NCBI GenBank assembly: GCA_003971905.1 | Contig: RSEE01000038.1 | Location: 62,001-126,000, forward strand | DNA: 64,000 bases | Source: Moniliella sp. 'wahieum' | Lineage: Eukaryota | Reading direction: 5' to 3' | Part shown: positions 24,506-36,647 of the stretch, piece by piece | Position numbering within the stretch: position 1 is the stretch's first letter | Layout of the letters: the number at the start of each line of letters is the position of its first letter | The notes under the pieces: model-generated | What the model saw: only the letters and a program-made list of their open reading frames with translations | Told to the model about the DNA's origin: nothing | Database searches by the model: none | Position numbers and translations under genes: made by a program

Positions 24506-27500
24506 TCAAGCTCCTCCCTGCCACTTGGAAATGAGATTGTTCACGCCCTTGAACTCGGATTCTTCCGGGGTGGGGACAACCCCCGCCCCAGCTTCGGCTG
24601 CTTCGCGCTCCCAAGGAGTCACAGGGTGGGGCGTAGCAGGCGCAACATGCACGGCAGGGCGCAGGTTCGCAGGCTTAGCTGATATACGTGGCTTGGGGCG
24701 TACCAGCGGCGGCGCCGACGTCTCTGAGAGGGAGGGACGCGCTGAGGTTGCAACTGAGTCGGAGGGGGGCAACGTCGCTGCCCGAGCAGGAATAGATTGA
24801 TGCTTCGCGGCAGCCTCAGCTTTGGAGAGTTCCAGGTCTCGCATCCGCTCTGCCACTGACCGGGTGGGCGGCGTAGCCTCACCCGTCGGAACAGGGAAGA
24901 ACGTGTTGTGATGCTGACCTCTTTTTGCGGCGGAAGGGATTATTCCTGTGCTCCGGCTGCGGTTGATGGGCCCCATGCGTGCCCCCCCACCCCCAGCGAA
25001 GGGACGGAGCGGCGTGTCTCGCGCTCGTTGGCAGCATTAATCAGCTGGCTCAGTCGATTCTTCCCCATTCCCACTACAGGTTCCTCAGAGGGGGGGCTGG
25101 GAGAGCGGGGAGAATGCGCTCCAGTTGTCGTGGGTTGCGGAGAAAGTACCACCTTCGGCATCGTGGGTGGCGATGGAGACAGCAGGTTTGTTGAAGGCAA
25201 GCGCGGGGACCGTCCCGGGCTCGGAGAGGGGCCAAAGGGGGGGCAAGCCGCCGCATTTCGGCAGAATCGTCGGGCGCGTCCCATGAGGGCGCCTTAACGG
25301 GACGAGGAATATCCAGAGCGGTCCTTGCGCTACTTTCTCCTCCTTGCCTCGGTTTTGGGTCTTGGTTTCTTCCAAAACCTGGGAGGGGTCACCACCCTCG
25401 ATCAGAGCAAGATCCATAGCGTCCTCAGGCTGCATTTCCAGCGCGAAACTATCGTCCCGCATAGCAATCGACGAGGACGAGGTGCAGTGGGTGTAGGTTC
25501 GGGTGCAGCACTTTGCTGCTCCTTCACCCACGCAGGGGGGTTGAGCTTGCCCGGCATCCCTGCGTTCGGCTGTGATCCGTCAGGTTTGTTTCCGTCCGAG
25601 ATAGCCCCAGGAGTAAGTCGTTTCGGAGGAGGCAACTTTTTAGATGGGACCGCATCCGCCCCTGCCACCACAGTAGTGGAGGCCGTAGGAATATCAGGCC
25701 AAACTCGGGAAAGGCGACCAGGACGGGGCTTGGGCACCGATGGTTTGGGTGGGCGTGCTTTACTCTCAGCCGGCAGAGGGGAGGGCGCTGTGTCAACGAG
25801 AACATCCTCCGAGCCCGTGAGCCAGTCTTGGGGCGGGCCCGGTGGTGCAGGTGAAGCATCAGAAGGGGTGGCTGCGTGCTTGGGGGCAGGCATCATACTA
25901 GGAGACCGAGGGGGGAGGGCGGGCGCCGGTTCGGCTGGGTTTGCAGCAAGGTTTGACCGAGCCTGACGAATGGCTTCCTCCGTCTTGGACTCGTTCGCAG
26001 GCGGCCAGCGATCCAAGACAGCACTCTTCTTCGGAACATGGGCCCGGGATAGCGTCGGTTTTTGCCGAGGCTGGTACGCTAACGGCTGCCCTCCATAAGT
26101 GGGAGATGGCTGTGACTGCTCAAAATGCTTAGCCTTGGCGGCAGTACTTCCCGATGCAAGATGAGCCGCATCAAGGTCCTCCAAGCTTGGGAAACGAGAG
26201 GATGCTTCGTCAATGAATGAGGGTGAAACCAGAGCGGAAGAAGGAGCAGCGCTCAAAGGTGAGGGGGAACGTATGCCAGGTGGCGACGGAACAGACAGCT
26301 TGGATGAGGTAACGGGCAATTTGGACGAAGTAGATGGATTGAATGAATCCTCAAACTCATCTTTCGGAGAAGATAGGGACTGAGCGCCGATCGTAGAGTA
26401 GGGTCGAACCTTGCGCGCCCCTGGCCAAGCCGCCTCGGGTGCCGGGGAGGGGCTGTTGTGTAGCCCTGCTGCCCCGGTTGGCGAGGAGTCCTTGGGAGGC
26501 CGTCCACGCCGCATGGGCTGCACAGACTGTTTCAGCGCAGCCAGGTCCTCATCCCGCATCGGGGCGTCCGCGCCGACCTGCACCAGGCGGGTAACACGGG
26601 TGCGCGCGTCGCCAGCGGTGCGATCTGGCTTGGGAGCATGGGGTGGGTGCAGGTTCACCACACTATCGTCCAGAGACGAGGGCTGAGCCGACGCACGTCG
26701 GACCATCCTACTCTCTCTTCCCACAACCGAAGGGAGTGGAGTAAGCTGTTTTCCCTCCAGAGTGAGCTTGGCGTAGTGAGAAGCCGTAGATGGTGGAACA
26801 AGGCCGCGCAGTTCGTAAACTCGCACAATTAGCTGGTCAATGGTTGGCCGGTTCTCCGAATGCTCTTGCAGCATGGATGCAATCAGGTTCTTGACATTTG
26901 GGAGTAAACAGGCGAGGGGGGGAAGCGGTATCGTGCATTCAGAATTGCCAAGGAGCCGCCCCCATTTTCCTCGAAGGGTGTGTGTGTAGTAGCACAGCTT
27001 GTAGAGAAACACACCCATCGCCCAAATGTCCGCTTTCTCATCAATCACCCGTCGCTGGTAAACATCAACCATTTCGGGAGCACGGTACTGCATTGTCGTG
27101 GCACGATTGAGATCGGCTTCAACCCGCTTGATTTCCTCCATAGACTTGGGTGCACGCCGGCTAAGGACGGGCGAAGCAGAGCCAAAGTCCGCCAATTTGT
27201 AGATGGGACCCAATGCAGGGTCGTCGGCAGGAGGGGGGCTGATCAGCACATTTTCAATCTTGAGGTCTCGGTGCATAAGTGGCGGATCCAGATGGTGCAT
27301 GACGGCCAGGCCCTCGCACACATCTCCAAATATCTTGAGCACCTCATTCTCCCGGAGCCGGTCGCGCAAGCGCTGGTTCATCAGATCAATTATGCCCCCG
27401 CCGCTGCAGTACTCCATGAGAATAAACACCTCGTACCCTCCCGCTGGCAGGGCAGTGGCAGATGCCTCAATAAAGTGGACAATGTGGGTGTGTCCATGGA

Positions 27501-27907
27501 GTAAGCGCTGCAAAAGAACCCAGGGTCAGAACAAGTCGTCGGAAAATGGTTGCGGAATGGACGTACATGAGCCTCGACCTCGCCACGAACAAGGCAAGGG
27601 TCTGCTTGTCAGGAACAGCCATCCTTTTGAGCACATGGGTCTTCTCGGGACGCATGATCTTATTTCCACGCGAGTTGATCGAGGGAATAGGGATAGGGTC
27701 GCGAGAAGTAACGAGGTAGACATGGGCAAAACCTCCCTCGGCGAGATAGCGCTGGACGACAACCATGTGCTTACCAACGACAACCTTGGTGCCGGGGGGG
27801 AGGGTGCCGCGGTAAGGCTTGGGCACAGCGGGAGGCATGGGGGCTGGCATGGACATCGCCATTTGCGGCGGTGCGACGGGCGCCGCGTAGTTGAAGGCGG
27901 GGAGCAT
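24506..27907 (-). CDS. NAK family (Ark1/Prk1-like) Ser/Thr kinase with long Pro/Ser-rich tail; intron ~27509-27565, frameshifts
   Basis: GTLPPGTKVVVGKH..YLAEGGFAHVYLV; VLKRM; YEVFILMEYCSGGGIIDLMNQRLRDRL; MHRDLKIENVL; YKLADFGSA; TTMQYRAPEMVDVY; IDEKADIWAMGVFLYKLCYY. C-terminal FKGVNNLISKWQG. Confidence 0.92.
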
Positions 27908-28423
27908 CTGGCTTAGATGGTGGTGGAGCGGATGGAGTGTCGATCGGGGGCGTGGAGCCGGCCTCGGCGGGTGGGAACGGAGGTGCGCTGGGGCTGCCCA
28001 CCCGGCTTGCAATATTTCACCGTCGCCGATTGCCACGTCTACGTTCTCCGGAGAGGGGTCACTATTAGGTAAGCCCCCCCCCGCTGTTCTTCATATCGTC
28101 AACGGCCTCCCCATCATTCGACCGTGGCAGGTTGGAGATCTGGACAAACCAGCAGGTCAACACTTGCCCATCAGCCTGACTGCTCACCTGACCGCTGAAT
28201 CATTCAAGCCCCATGGGGTGTGGCTCCCAAAACATATACGCTTCCGCTTCTGTTCGTTGGTACAGAACAAAAACTGCGTCCAATGCATGACAACCGCAGA
28301 CAACATATCGTCTTGACCTTCTGCCGTGGCCTGCGGCCCATATGTATATCCAATGGCCTTAGAGGCCTTGGGCCTTGGGCCTTACCACCAGTATAATGTT
28401 CTGGAATAGCCTGCAGTTCCTTG

Positions 28424-28500
28424 GTCCACCGTTCCATAGTTTAGTCCACCGTTCCATATAATGGTTTCATAGTCCCCACTGTTCCATATGTAGTCCATGA
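28424..28500. repeat. ~20-bp tandem repeat (GTCCACCGTTCCATA) x2 plus degenerate copy
   Basis: GTCCACCGTTCCATAGTTTA GTCCACCGTTCCATATA ... GTCCCCACTGTTCCATATG. Confidence 0.75.
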
Positions 28501-29859
28501 CCCGTTAGCTCTCGGGGGCGCAACGTCATGGACACACACACATTCGCAACGATCCAACTGTGGAGAAAGAAGACGAGGCACAGTGCAGGAGGAAGGCTAA
28601 GTGTATACAGACTACCGAGTGATGGAACCTGGAGCATTCGGATAATCACAGGAATGGAGGTGGACCACACATTGAGGGGCTCGGTTTCCAGAGGGAGGCG
28701 GTAGTTGCATACCGGAAGGTGGTATACTTGAGGGAACCGCGCGCCTGTGGAACGACAGGAAAAGAAGTTGATTCCATTGTTGGAGCAAGCGGAATGCGAC
28801 GAAAGAACCCCAAGTACCACATAAAAGAACGTACTCAAGAGCCACACTCTTTCCCCTCTGTTGGTCATGGGACAAACGCGCGGATACAAAATACTACGAA
28901 GACGTCGCGGTAGGCATGACGTTCGAGCATTGCGGAAGGAACTAAATGACGGTTTGCATTGGAGGTATGTTGCGCTTGTCTTCTACCAACACGCGCTCAT
29001 TCTAGTGTATCCACGCGCGCTATATACTTCTGCTAACGCGTGGCAGGAGAGCCCACAATAGCGGAGGGTCCAGACCCTCCACCGATTTCCCAAACGGGCT
29101 GGCACGAACAGGCACCACATATTCTGGATGAGCTCGACGTACGATCCCGGATAGGCGCACCAGCGTTTCGTTGTCCCAGGCTACAAGCTCTGTAGTAAAA
29201 TATGAATGCAACCTGCATTAGGCTACGGGTAGGCCTTAATTACTGTAGCCTTCGGCTTTTAAGATGATTCGAGATTCGAGATGGACGTTGAAGCTGAAGC
29301 TATATATATTTGAACTGAAGCTCTTGCAGCTTGAAGCTTGAAGTTTGAAGCTACTCGGAACAACGTATATATCGCTGATGTGGTTGTGTGTGAGGCGTAT
29401 GTGAGTGAGCGCTCAGGGTGGTATTATAGGTGGTGCTGTGGCAGCGCTTTCACAACAGGATGCTGTGAGAGGAACGACTTCCTCTTTAATCAAACGGTCC
29501 CGTCTGCAACTCTTCACCATGCATCCTCCAACATCAAATGGCGCACGTAGTGATGCTCATGCACTCATGCATCATGATCGACTTGACGCGTGGTCGATGA
29601 TCCCCACTCGGACCCCACCAAACCCATCTCGTCTGTACGGAATACGGCTTACACTATACTACGTTGTCCTGCATGATGCGTGGTCTTTTGCCGTCTTAAA
29701 CATCGTCAAACGACGTTCAACGTTCATCGAGTTCAGCGTTACGCGTTCACGTTCGCGTTATCTGGGATCTAGTGACGGTTATCCGGGTATAGGAGCGGCT
29801 GGTCGTAACAAAACAATAATTGATCTATGAGGAGTGGCTAGAGCTAGTGGCTATCCAGG

Positions 29860-30120
29860 CTTCAAGCTTCAAGCTTCAAGCTTCAAGCTCCAAGCTCCAA
29901 ATGTGACATGTGACATGTGTGACTAGTGACTAGCCTAACGCGTAACGGGACTGTTGAACGTTGATTGCCGGCTATAGAGAGCGACTATAGTCACTAGTCA
30001 CTAGTCACTAGTCACTAGTCACTAGCTAGTCACTAGTCACTGGCCACATAGTATAACAACACTCGTAACTATTAGGTCTTAGGCTTTAGGCCTTAGGCCC
30101 CTTAGGCCTTAGGCCTTAGG
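29860..30120. repeat. Heptamer quasi-palindrome island: CTTCAAG x4, TGTGACA x2, AGTCACT x5+2, CCTTAGG x1+3
   Basis: Read directly from the sequence. Confidence 0.95.
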
Positions 30121-30588
30121 CAGGCACGTGTATATGTAGCGTGTTACGGTGGCTACGTAGAAGAGCTGCTGTACACGGAGTATTTCCGCAGTATTATGTG
30201 CCTTTTTGACCTTATCGATTGTCCACTCTCTTGCGTACATGTGGTAGTATATACTGAAGAGGGCCGTCGAAGCACTGACGTGCCGACGCGCTGAAGACGT
30301 ACACAATAAGCAAGTACATATCAGTACCACGTATGTATTACGTTCAATATATCCACACGGTCTACTCTATTTGAGAGCAGCGCGCACAGCACAGCATAGA
30401 ATGGACGCCATATAGCATCATCGCCAAAACATTGGCCCGACACTCTCACCGTGTTGTGTAGAGCACAGACCATCATGTCACCGGTCACCGGTCACCGGAG
30501 GTCACTCCTCTTCTGGCACCCCACCTGCACCATTTCCTGTGTTCCCCAAAGCGAATAACATTGTTATCTATCCGAACCCGCGTGTGAA

Positions 30589-30597
30589 TATATAAAC
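30589..30597 (+). promoter_or_regulatory. Putative TATA box of the nitroreductase gene
   Basis: TATATAAA about 95 nt upstream of ATG 30687, followed by a pyrimidine-rich tract. Confidence 0.5.
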
Positions 30598-30686
30598 CCC
30601 TCCCCTTTCTCCAATGGTCACCTGTCCCACCCCCTCCCTTCTCAGATCCCCACCTTCGCCGCCAGCTTTTACTTTGACACTCCAAA

Positions 30687-31296
30687 ATGTCCATTGCCAA
30701 GGGCGAACAGTTCCTCGACTTCGTCAAGTCCCGTCGCACATACTACTTCCTCTCGGACAAGGAGGTCATCCCCAAGGAGAAAATCGTCGAAGTAGTGACC
30801 GAGTCCCTGAACAGCTCCCCTTCGGCCTTCAACAGCCAGACTTCCCGCGCGATCATCCTGTTCGGCAAGGCCCACCAGTCCTACTGGAAGGACACTATTG
30901 CCAACGCTCTTCCTGATGACCGCAAGGAGGCGTTTGCCCCGCGCATTGCTGGGTTTGCAGGGGCAGCAGGCACTGTATGTTCTTTGAGGATACCTCTTCT
31001 CTCAAGAAGGTCCAGGCTGGTGCTCCGGCGCCATACCAGCACCTTTTCCCCCAATGGGGTGACCATTCCTCCGGCATTGCCCAGATCACTGTCTGGACTG
31101 CACTTGAGGCGTTTGGCTTGGGTGCCAACTTGCAGCACTTCAGTGTCCAGCACCTGAAGAACAATGACGTGACCAAGACGGTGGGCGCACCTGACAACTG
31201 GGTTCCCATTGCCGAGTTGGTCTTTGGCCACCCTGAGCAGCCCCCAAACCCAAAGAAACTATCCCCGCCGAGACGCGCGTTAAGGTGCTCGACTAG
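30687..31296 (+). CDS. Nitroreductase family protein (Frm2/Hbn1-like); frameshifts
   Basis: SRRTYYFL..SPSAFNSQTSRAIILFGKAHQSYW..AGTV(M)FFED..FPQWGDHSSGIAQITVWTALEAFGLGANLQH..AELVFG. Confidence 0.9.
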
Positions 31297-31664
31297 TGCG
31301 TTCATCTCTCTCCCCATACCCAGGCTTGGGTTGACCTCACTACGCTGTACATAATAGCCATGTCACAGCCGCGCTTTGAAGCATGCCCCCCGCAGACCTC
31401 GTCCATACATGTATGGTTCGTACGTCATGATGCATGATGGCTCATAACAGCTAGGATTGAGGACTCGAAAAGGCGAGAGACAGATGCCGACAAGTAGATA
31501 ACCGGGAGCTATATCACGCGGGAAGAGACGCAGTTTTGCGGATGACATGTGACACCTTTCCGACCTAGACTGAAGGGAGGCGCCTCGGATACATTCATGG
31601 CGGGAGGTTTATTGACAAGGAAGCAGGAGCGAGAGATCCAAGAGTAAAGATTCACCGGATCTTC

Positions 31665-32754
31665 TCAGAGGGCGTGCTCTGCCATATACACCGCAACCTC
31701 TTGTAGAATTGTGGTGACTTTTTCAGTCGTGACATGGTTCATGAATTGCCCGAACGTCGTGGGGTGGGGTGGGCAGTGCACGAAAAGTACAGGCCGCGGG
31801 GGTTGTTTTGTGCATCCTGCCCTAGCAGATTCCGCTTGGGAGTCGTAGAACACATATTCGCACAGATACAGCCCGGCGTCTTCGCTCAGCTCAACGGGAG
31901 CATCCCCGAGAACGGTTTGGAGATGCTGCAAAAGCTTGGATGGGTACAGTCCCGCTTGTTGCGGGGTGAGGACAGGTGCAAAATCCGAGAAGGCGGCCGC
32001 GGGAAACCCGCGCGGAGGAGGGGATGCAAGATGTATCGCGTAAGACCACATCCACTGTGCGATCCCCAGGGCACCCTGCATCAAGCCCCAGAGCCAGCCC
32101 CAGAGCCAGCCCCTGTCATTGCGAAGAGAGGAGGGGTGTTTCTCCTCACACTTGGGATCATGTACAAACCCAATATTTGTTCCAAATCCGGCTCCTCCTT
32201 TGCCACACCCACCCGTGGAGCCAGCATCCCGGTGCAATCACGTTTCGCATACCCTGAGCAACGGGCACGGGTCTCCAGCCGCACGTTCCCTGGCGATCCA
32301 ACACCACAATGTACCACCGCATCCCAACCACCCTCTGGCGGGGAGGAGTGAACCCCAAAGGGTATGAGCGCCCATCGCCGCCCCAATCCTTCTCGATCCA
32401 ATCCGAGTCAAAATATGCCTGGGCCACCCCCCGCAATGCAGTGTGGCGCGAGAAAATCAGGATCGTTGACGCGAGATGCATGCACCCGTGCCAGCGTATC
32501 CAGCACTGCAGTGTACTTGACAGGCAGCTGGAGGACGTGGAGCTTGACCACGCCATCGGCGGGTGTCGATGATGCGGCCATGCAATGGCTTGACCGCTTC
32601 CCACGAGGGGTTAAGCTTGTACGGACCAAACGGCTTAGGAGACGATGTGAGTAGCGGCTCACACAATAGGGGGCGGCGGTGAACGTACCCCAAAGCCGGT
32701 GATGAGCACGTTGCGCGTCTTCTTGCGCGGCAGAGGCGAGGGAGGGGCCGTCAT
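31665..32754 (-). CDS. Pyroglutamyl-peptidase I (peptidase C15); intron 32634-32688, frameshifts
   Basis: VLITGFG|PFGPYKLNPSWEAV; LPVKY; VHCGV..VRLETRA (catalytic Glu); SEDAGLYLCEYVFY (Cys); VLFVHCP (His). Confidence 0.9.
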
Positions 32755-33466
32755 GGTTCTGGTTCGGATGGCTGCTTGTGGTCGCGATGACCGATAAGAA
32801 ATCCAGGTTCGTGTACGTCCAGTCGTGGATGAGCTAGGGTTACCGGTTAGGCAATGGGCAGTAGGGTTACGTGTCCCCTACCATATCAATAGGCCGTGTT
32901 CAACAGATTCTCCCCCACCTAGTGTTCGTGTCCTGCCCACACATGCATATCAACTGTCAATCCATTGGACCATGGTAGGAAGCAGTCTCTCAGATCTCAG
33001 ATCTCATGGCGCTAGGCGAACACTTATGTGTGCCTCGCGGACAATACGGTACGCCACATCGAAGCGAGAACACAGGACATATAGTTCGTCCCGTCGATGA
33101 TCCCGCCGAGATGAAACTTCGGCGAGAGTACAAGGCCTCGATGACCACGGCCGCGGGCCTTGGAACTTGCGTGTTATGCGTGCAGTCGCAGTCACAGTGA
33201 CTTGACCAGGCACCAACCAAGTGGGCGCAGATTCCAGCGGAACAGAGCGGAACGCTCGGTTGAAACTGAACGTTGAACATTGTGCTCAAACTTGTGGGCA
33301 TGCACACTGACGCCCAGCCTTTGATTCTGGCACCACTTGGTGGCGTCTGCTCACCCGCTGCTTTTTCTCCGCCTTTCTTCGTCGAGTCGTAGTCGCGGTT
33401 ATAACTGCGTGCTTTCCCGGCTTTCCCACCTCCATCTTCACGACTATCATCACCACCACCGCGATT

Positions 33467-34609
33467 ATGCCCGCCAACAAGGTTCCAGTGGGTGTGCTTG
33501 GCGCCACAGGTACGCATTTTCTTTCCCGCCTCGACCGACACCCGCTGACACACTTGCGACCCAGGCACCGTTGGACAGCGCTTCATCCTCCAGCTTGCTA
33601 ATCACCCTCAGTTTGACCTCGTCGCACTTGGCGCTTCTTCGGCCAGTGTGGGGAAGACGTACGCTCAGGCGGTGGCCGGGCGATGGAAGCAGACGTCTCC
33701 TATCCCCGCCAACGTGGCAGGCATGCTCGTCGAGGCTTGCACGCCTCAAGCGTTTGGCCATTGCACTGTGGTCTTTTCCGGTCTCGACTCGGGGCCAGCA
33801 GGGGAGATTGAGCCGGCATTGCGAGCGGCCAATGTGCGTGTTTTTCGAACGCAAAGAACTACCGCATGGACCCGGTTTGCCCGCTTGTTGTCCCTGGTCA
33901 ACCCGTCTCACTTTAGTGTCGTCTCCCATCAACGCACCACCCTTTCTCCGCCCCTCAAGGAAGGATACATCATCACCAATGCCAACTGCTCTACTACGGG
34001 TATTGTGGTACCGCTCAAGGCATTGCAGGACGCGTTCGGTCCCTTAGACAAGGTCCTGATCAACACCATGCAGGCTCTCTCGGGCGCCGGTTACCCTGGC
34101 GTCTCGGCGTTTGACCTGCACGACAATGTTGTCCCTTTCATTTCTGGGGAGGAGGAGAAGATCGAGAGCGAAACACGCAAGATCCTTGGCGAGGTCAATG
34201 CTGACGGAACGGGCTACACCGATGCCAAGACCGTGGTCTCTGCCCACTGCAACCGTGTGCCTGTGTTGGACGGACATACCGAGACGGTCAGTGTCAGCTT
34301 TGTGCGCCGTCCGGCTCCTTCCCCGGAGGAAGTGGCAAAGGTTCTGCGAGAATATGCCTGCGAGGCGCAGACGCTTGGGTGCCATTCGGCCCCCAAGCAG
34401 GTCATCACGGTCCACGATGAGCCCGACAGGCCCCAACCGCGCCTGGACCGGGACCACCAGAATGGGCGGGCGTCAACGTAGGTCGCATTCGTAAATGCCC
34501 AGTGTTGGATATCAAGTTTGTTGTCCTTTCCAACAACGTTATGATTGGAGCCGCCACCTCCAGCGTGATGAATGCTGAGATTGCGTTGGCCAAGGGCTAC
34601 CTCTCCTAA
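33467..34609 (+). CDS. HOM2: Aspartate-semialdehyde dehydrogenase; intron 33510-33564, frameshifts
   Basis: VGVLGATG|TVGQRFI; FSGLDS; ITNANCSTTG (catalytic Cys); TMQALSGAGYPGV; NVVPFISGEEEK; CNRVPVLDGHT; DRPQPRLDRD; NNVMIGAATSSVMNAE. Confidence 0.96.
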
Positions 34610-34734
34610 CTATACCAATGTGATCCTCGTTCGTATGGTCGATCCAGCCGCCTTAAACAGTGATTGAATCAGGGGGGGGGGGGAGTTAAAGGGGGTGTGG
34701 TGCAAACGTGCGAAGGAGGCATCTGTATCTCTTT

Positions 34735-36647
34735 CTACGATGGTGGGCTGAGCGGGTCCAAAGCAACAGGGGTAGCGGGAAGAGACTTATCCTCCTCATG
34801 CCCAGGGAATGGAGGCACAGGAGAGGCGCTCATGTCCCGCCCAAACCGAGGCGCATATGCTACCACCCGTGGGGTACTGCCGGCGTCGGACGGCGATTCA
34901 AGGCCCGAAGAAGAAGTTAGGGGGATGTTCAGGGCCAAGCCATGACCCTGGCGTGGCGTGTACGTCGGGAGACGATAAGGGTCGCGTAGCCTCACGTCCG
35001 GTCCAAGGTCCAATTCATGTTGCTGACTTCGGCCCCTGGCAAGTTCCGCAAGCGCGGCTGCCTCGGCTGCTTTGACGTCCGCCAGTGTAGGAAGATCAAG
35101 AAACGCTGTGGGTGCAGGCGGAGGGGGACGGCGCTGGCCCGAGACCGAGCCGGGGGAATTGACTGAAGGAGGAGAGCCAAACGCATTGGCACCTTCTACA
35201 CTTAGGAGGGGTGAAGCCAGCATCGCTTCCACATGCCCATTCTCGTCGGGCATGGGCCCCGGGATACTCTCACCAGGAGCTTCTTCATCCTCCTCAGGTC
35301 TTTGAACCAAAAGTGCAGGAGGGAGGTAGGGGTATTGGGACAGTCGCTTGGTAGACTTCTCGTCCGCCTCTTCCTCCTCAGGACGGTAATCTGGCATTTG
35401 ATTCGCCGGCACGCCCGGCGCGTACCCAGCAGCTTCCCAGATCCGTGCTGAACGATCGGCCATTGCCTCCAGCGTAGGCCAGCCAGCATAGTCCCCCTTT
35501 AAGGCAAAGCCTGCGAGGCCATCCCCAGCCGCTTCTCCCCCTCCCCTTCCGGACGCGCCGGCACCATGGGCAGAGCCAGAAAAGTACCCTTCGTAGCCGA
35601 TTAGGTCCTCATCGGCATCCGAGTCCTGCATCTCACTAGCATCCAGCGTGTAAAATTCTCCTGCTCCAGTTCGTCGGCAAACCAGCGAAGAAAATGGGCC
35701 CACCCATCGGGCCCATCACCAGGACATAAAACAACCTTGGTATCAAAGTCGCGGCCAAACGCGATCACCTGTCCTACTGCCGCGCGATTGCTGGGTGGAT
35801 CAGAGGAAGTAGAAGGACGTGGGGAAGCCTGATCGTAACGCGCTTCCGTATCGGCTTGACCGGGAGGGTTAAGGTCCACCCCAATGTAGTTCCCCACCCG
35901 GTCCGTGATTAGGGGAGCCAACCAGGGTCGGAGTACGCTGCACGTACCCAACCCCCTGGACAGGAGGACATATTTGCGTTAACAGCGGGGGAGGCGCCTG
36001 TGTCCGGGTCCTTATCCACATGGCGCCAGAAAGACCATTCCCTCAATGCTTGCTCGGTAGACAGCATGGGCAGACCAAAGAAAAGCCCATCGGTGCAGGA
36101 GCCGCCGGGAACGGAGGTTGCGTACGCCTCCACATCTTGTCCGTTCACGCACAGCAGACTCGCTCGCACTGCCGCCGGCAGAGGCCTGCCAAGGGCGCGC
36201 TCCAGCTCCTCCACGTCTTCCTCCAAGGCGGGGGAATTGAAGGTGTCATTGAGCTCGGGATACTGTTCCTCGGCCCAGGCGCGGATGCGGCTCCAGGATA
36301 GGGCGGGCGGAGCAGCAGGTCGGTGGCTGGCGGTCAGGGGATCTTCACTCTCTATCTCCACCTCGGTCTCCACGGGCGGGGCGAGCACGGCGAGCGAGTT
36401 GGCGCGTGACGCCAATCCAGGACGGGGAAGGGTGTATCCGGCGGGCACACCACGCCGGGGGGCGGCAGAAGTGGCAAACATGTCGGTGCTCATCGTCGCT
36501 GCCGGGCCGCCGCCATAGTGAGAGTAAGGCGAGGCGAAAGAAGAGAGTGCGGGCGAGGCCGAGGGGCGCGCCCGCCGCGTACCGGCCACCACTGCCGCCG
36601 CCAGCACCGTTCCCGCCGCCCAGCCAGGCAGCGAGCGAGGAGAACAT
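34735..36647 (-). CDS. SMI1: Smi1/Knr4 cell-wall assembly regulator; frameshifts
   Basis: SWSRIRAWAEEQYPELNDTFNSPA..LERALGRPLPAAVRASLLCVNGQD; GLFFGLPMLS..EWSFWR; YSDPGW-PLITDRVGNYIGVDLNP; GQVIAFGRDFDTKVVL; GWAHFLRWFADELE. Confidence 0.9.

Noticed and set aside
28424..28500. CRISPR-like array (also 53152-53205 and 56148-56260)
   Set aside because: Only 2-5 short degenerate units, no unique 25-45 bp spacers, no cas genes, and a eukaryotic context.
29860..30041. Runs of HindIII/SpeI/StuI/AgeI-type sites as synthetic polylinker or vector contamination
   Set aside because: The sites are tandem copies with degenerate variants, scattered through many native intergenic regions. There is no vector backbone or marker.
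30073..30120. TTAGGCC repeats as interstitial telomere
   Set aside because: The unit is CCTTAGG, which fits the same xyTNAy'x' rule as the neighbouring non-telomeric arrays. There are no TTAGGG runs.
33467..34609. Frameshifted housekeeping genes as pseudogenes or programmed frameshifting
   Set aside because: Indels affect nearly all genes, catalytic residues are intact and there is no shared slippery motif. Sequencing error is far more parsimonious.
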